From Seison nebaliae (lineage: Eukaryota): a stretch of 64,000 nucleotides of DNA. How positions within the stretch are numbered: the first letter of the stretch is position 1; the number at the start of each line of letters is the position of its first letter. The position numbers were made by a program, and so were the translations under genes. Shown in pieces: positions 62,175 through 64,000 of this stretch. The stretch covers positions 1 through 64,000 of the forward strand of contig JALJEE010002909.1 in the NCBI GenBank assembly GCA_023231475.1. Direction: 5' to 3'. The notes under the pieces were generated by a model that saw only the letters and a program-made list of their open reading frames with translations, had not been told where the DNA came from and made no database searches.

Positions 62175-64000
62175 ATGATTTCTATTTTTAAATGTTTTCT
62201 CTTGATCTGTTCCTTCGTCTTATTGATCAATGGAAAGTCGACCATTATTAAGGAGGAAGTGAAAGGACAATTCTTAGCGGATTGTGGTGAGAAAGTCCTC
62301 ACCGATTTGGAGATAACTATCACAAATGGAAATAAAAAGAGAGCTAGGATTTGTGAGGGAATTGCTATCATATCTCGTCGTTCATTCAGCAAGAATGCAT
62401 TCATGAAACACTCTTTCAATATCTGGACACTTGATAAATGCAAATATGATTTGAAATATCGTTGCACCGATTTCAAAACAGTCGAATCTCAAGGATTGGC
62501 AACGTTGGTGGAACATCTAATCAAATTGTATGAACCTGAAGGATTCCACGAGATCGTTTGTCCCGGAAAGAACGTTCACATTCAATGTGAAGCGAAACAT
62601 CAAATCGAAGTATTGGCTGGTTTTTATGGAAATCCTGGAACTCAGAAAGGAATGGACCAATGTAAAATTGAAAGTGATGACGATCAAAAACACGGATGTT
62701 ACAACATGGAAGTATATGAACGGTTACGTGATCTTTGTGATGGTGAGGATGAATGTCATCTCAATTCGGAATTATTATTGGAGGAACATGACGTGTGTTC
62801 GGCACATTCACAAAACGTCTTAGAATTCGTTTACAAGTGTGTGGAGAAAATGGAGAAGGTTAAACAGATCGTTCAGAATGGTCTCAAATATAAACAAGTG
62901 ACAGCTTGTGAGGGACAATTCGCTTTGTTGGATTGTCCCGCTGGAACTTTAGTACAAATTATGGGCGGACTTTACGCGGCATCAACTGCAACTGCTGGAC
63001 CAACATGTCCACGACCAATTCCTGTACCTGCACCACCAATGTTGTTCAATGGACCGGCACCGATACCTCCACATGTCGCTTTTCCACAAATGGCACCAAT
63101 ACCACGTCCATTGATGGCACCAGCAGCTCGTGCTGCTCCTGCTTATGGCAAACGACGAAGGAAGAGATATGCTGCTGCCGCACAATCTGTCCCACCAGTA
63201 TCATCAGTTCAATTTCAACCGATTTATGGTGCACCACCAAGACAAGTATCCGTCGCACGTCCACCACCGTTTATGCAAACATATAGTGGTCCATTCTATT
63301 CACCAATGACACCCATCATATTTCCACATGTTCTCGGCGGTCCATTACCAATCAATGGAATTGGAGCTCTATTAAATGGACCGAGAAATATGGATCAATA
63401 TTTCCCTGGAGAACAGATCGGTCATTCTCATCATATTCATCGTGGCAGGAATTTTGGAATGAGTAGTTTCGGTGGTCGTCAACCTTTCGCATTTGGACGA
63501 GGTTATGGACGAAAGAAACGTGATGTTTTCGGTCCACATACATTGGATAATGGCCCACAAAACAAATATAATCCCAACAATAATTTGTTGAGTCGAGGAC
63601 GACAACATTATTCGAGACAATTACCATTTGGACCCACAATTCCTGGCTTAATAACAATCGGCTCAGCAATGAGAAATCCATTATTCGGTCCAAGTATGCC
63701 ACCTTGCTCCAACATTCATGCAGTGAAGATCATGTATGACATCTGTCAAAACAAACCGTTTTGTATCATCGAAGTGACACCTCGTTTGTTTGGTCACATT
63801 TGTCCCGAATTCACCAAATATTTGAGTGCCGTTTATACTTGCATTCCACGACCGGTTCCAATGATGCCCAAATTGGAAGGATATCCATTCTTACCACCAC
63901 CACCATTGCCACCACATCTTCCTCCACTCATGCCATCCTTATACAATCAACCTCCAATGGGCATTCCACGACCCTTACCTGTCGCTCCAATGTTTCCCCA
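62175..64000 (+). CDS. Secreted SUEL/rhamnose-binding lectin-domain protein, partial (runs off the right edge; absent from the ORF track)
   Basis: ATG 62175 with signal peptide MISIFKCFLLICSFVLLING, open to 64000. SUEL1 IVCPG..IQC...FYG...C...C...LCDGEDEC...VC...YKC; SUEL2 ACEG...LDCP...TC[insert]C...ICQNKPFC...FGHICPEFTKYLSAVYTC. Confidence 0.85.
   Translation, partial: MISIFKCFLLICSFVLLINGKSTIIKEEVKGQFLADCGEKVLTDLEITITNGNKKRARICEGIAIISRRSFSKNAFMKHSFNIWTLDKCKYDLKYRCTDFKTVESQGLATLVEHLIKLYEPEGFHEIVCPGKNVHIQCEAKHQIEVLAGFYGNPGTQKGMDQCKIESDDDQKHGCYNMEVYERLRDLCDGEDECHLNSELLLEEHDVCSAHSQNVLEFVYKCVEKMEKVKQIVQNGLKYKQVTACEGQFALLDCPAGTLVQIMGGLYAASTATAGPTCPRPIPVPAPPMLFNGPAPIPPHVAFPQMAPIPRPLMAPAARAAPAYGKRRRKRYAAAAQSVPPVSSVQFQPIYGAPPRQVSVARPPPFMQTYSGPFYSPMTPIIFPHVLGGPLPINGIGALLNGPRNMDQYFPGEQIGHSHHIHRGRNFGMSSFGGRQPFAFGRGYGRKKRDVFGPHTLDNGPQNKYNPNNNLLSRGRQHYSRQLPFGPTIPGLITIGSAMRNPLFGPSMPPCSNIHAVKIMYDICQNKPFCIIEVTPRLFGHICPEFTKYLSAVYTCIPRPVPMMPKLEGYPFLPPPPLPPHLPPLMPSLYNQPPMGIPRPLPVAPMFP

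Noticed and set aside
62162..63702. Short alternative-frame and antisense ORFs at the right end
   Set aside because: Shadows of the single long + frame starting at 62175.

Overview
AT-rich, gene-dense animal (metazoan) genomic DNA using the standard code, with tiny introns (mostly 38-77 bp) and several large intronless genes. The Pro-rich protein at 35.5-37 kb and the compaction suggest a rotifer-like (syndermatan) invertebrate, which is inference only. About 25 protein genes are recognisable: an aquaporin, a cNMP-binding-domain protein, two tandem orphan membrane proteins, mRpS34, lanosterol synthase, PLAA, RPL26, a three-finger+ShKT secreted protein, MICAL, BTF3-like, a HOIL-1-like RBR ligase, DNAJB6-like, cystathionine gamma-lyase, an nAChR alpha subunit, cyclophilin, DNAJC3, a RING protein, SETDB1, IDI1, REPS-like and a partial SUEL lectin. 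Also present are an 801-bp hAT deletion derivative, a Tc1/IS630-type HTH remnant and a pseudogene. The most notable observations are: (1) a candidate structured RNA with a perfect 7-bp loop-loop (kissing) complementarity at 15.2-15.5 kb; (2) a SUEL lectin domain split by a 232-aa insert carrying two Tyr-Gly-polybasic cleavage/amidation sites; (3) 5' splice sites that are mostly GTT rather than GTRAGT; (4) an aquaporin with both NPA motifs altered (NPI/GPA); (5) a very tightly packed co-oriented run of nine genes. Exon boundaries were inferred by hand and family calls come from motif recognition, not database searches.
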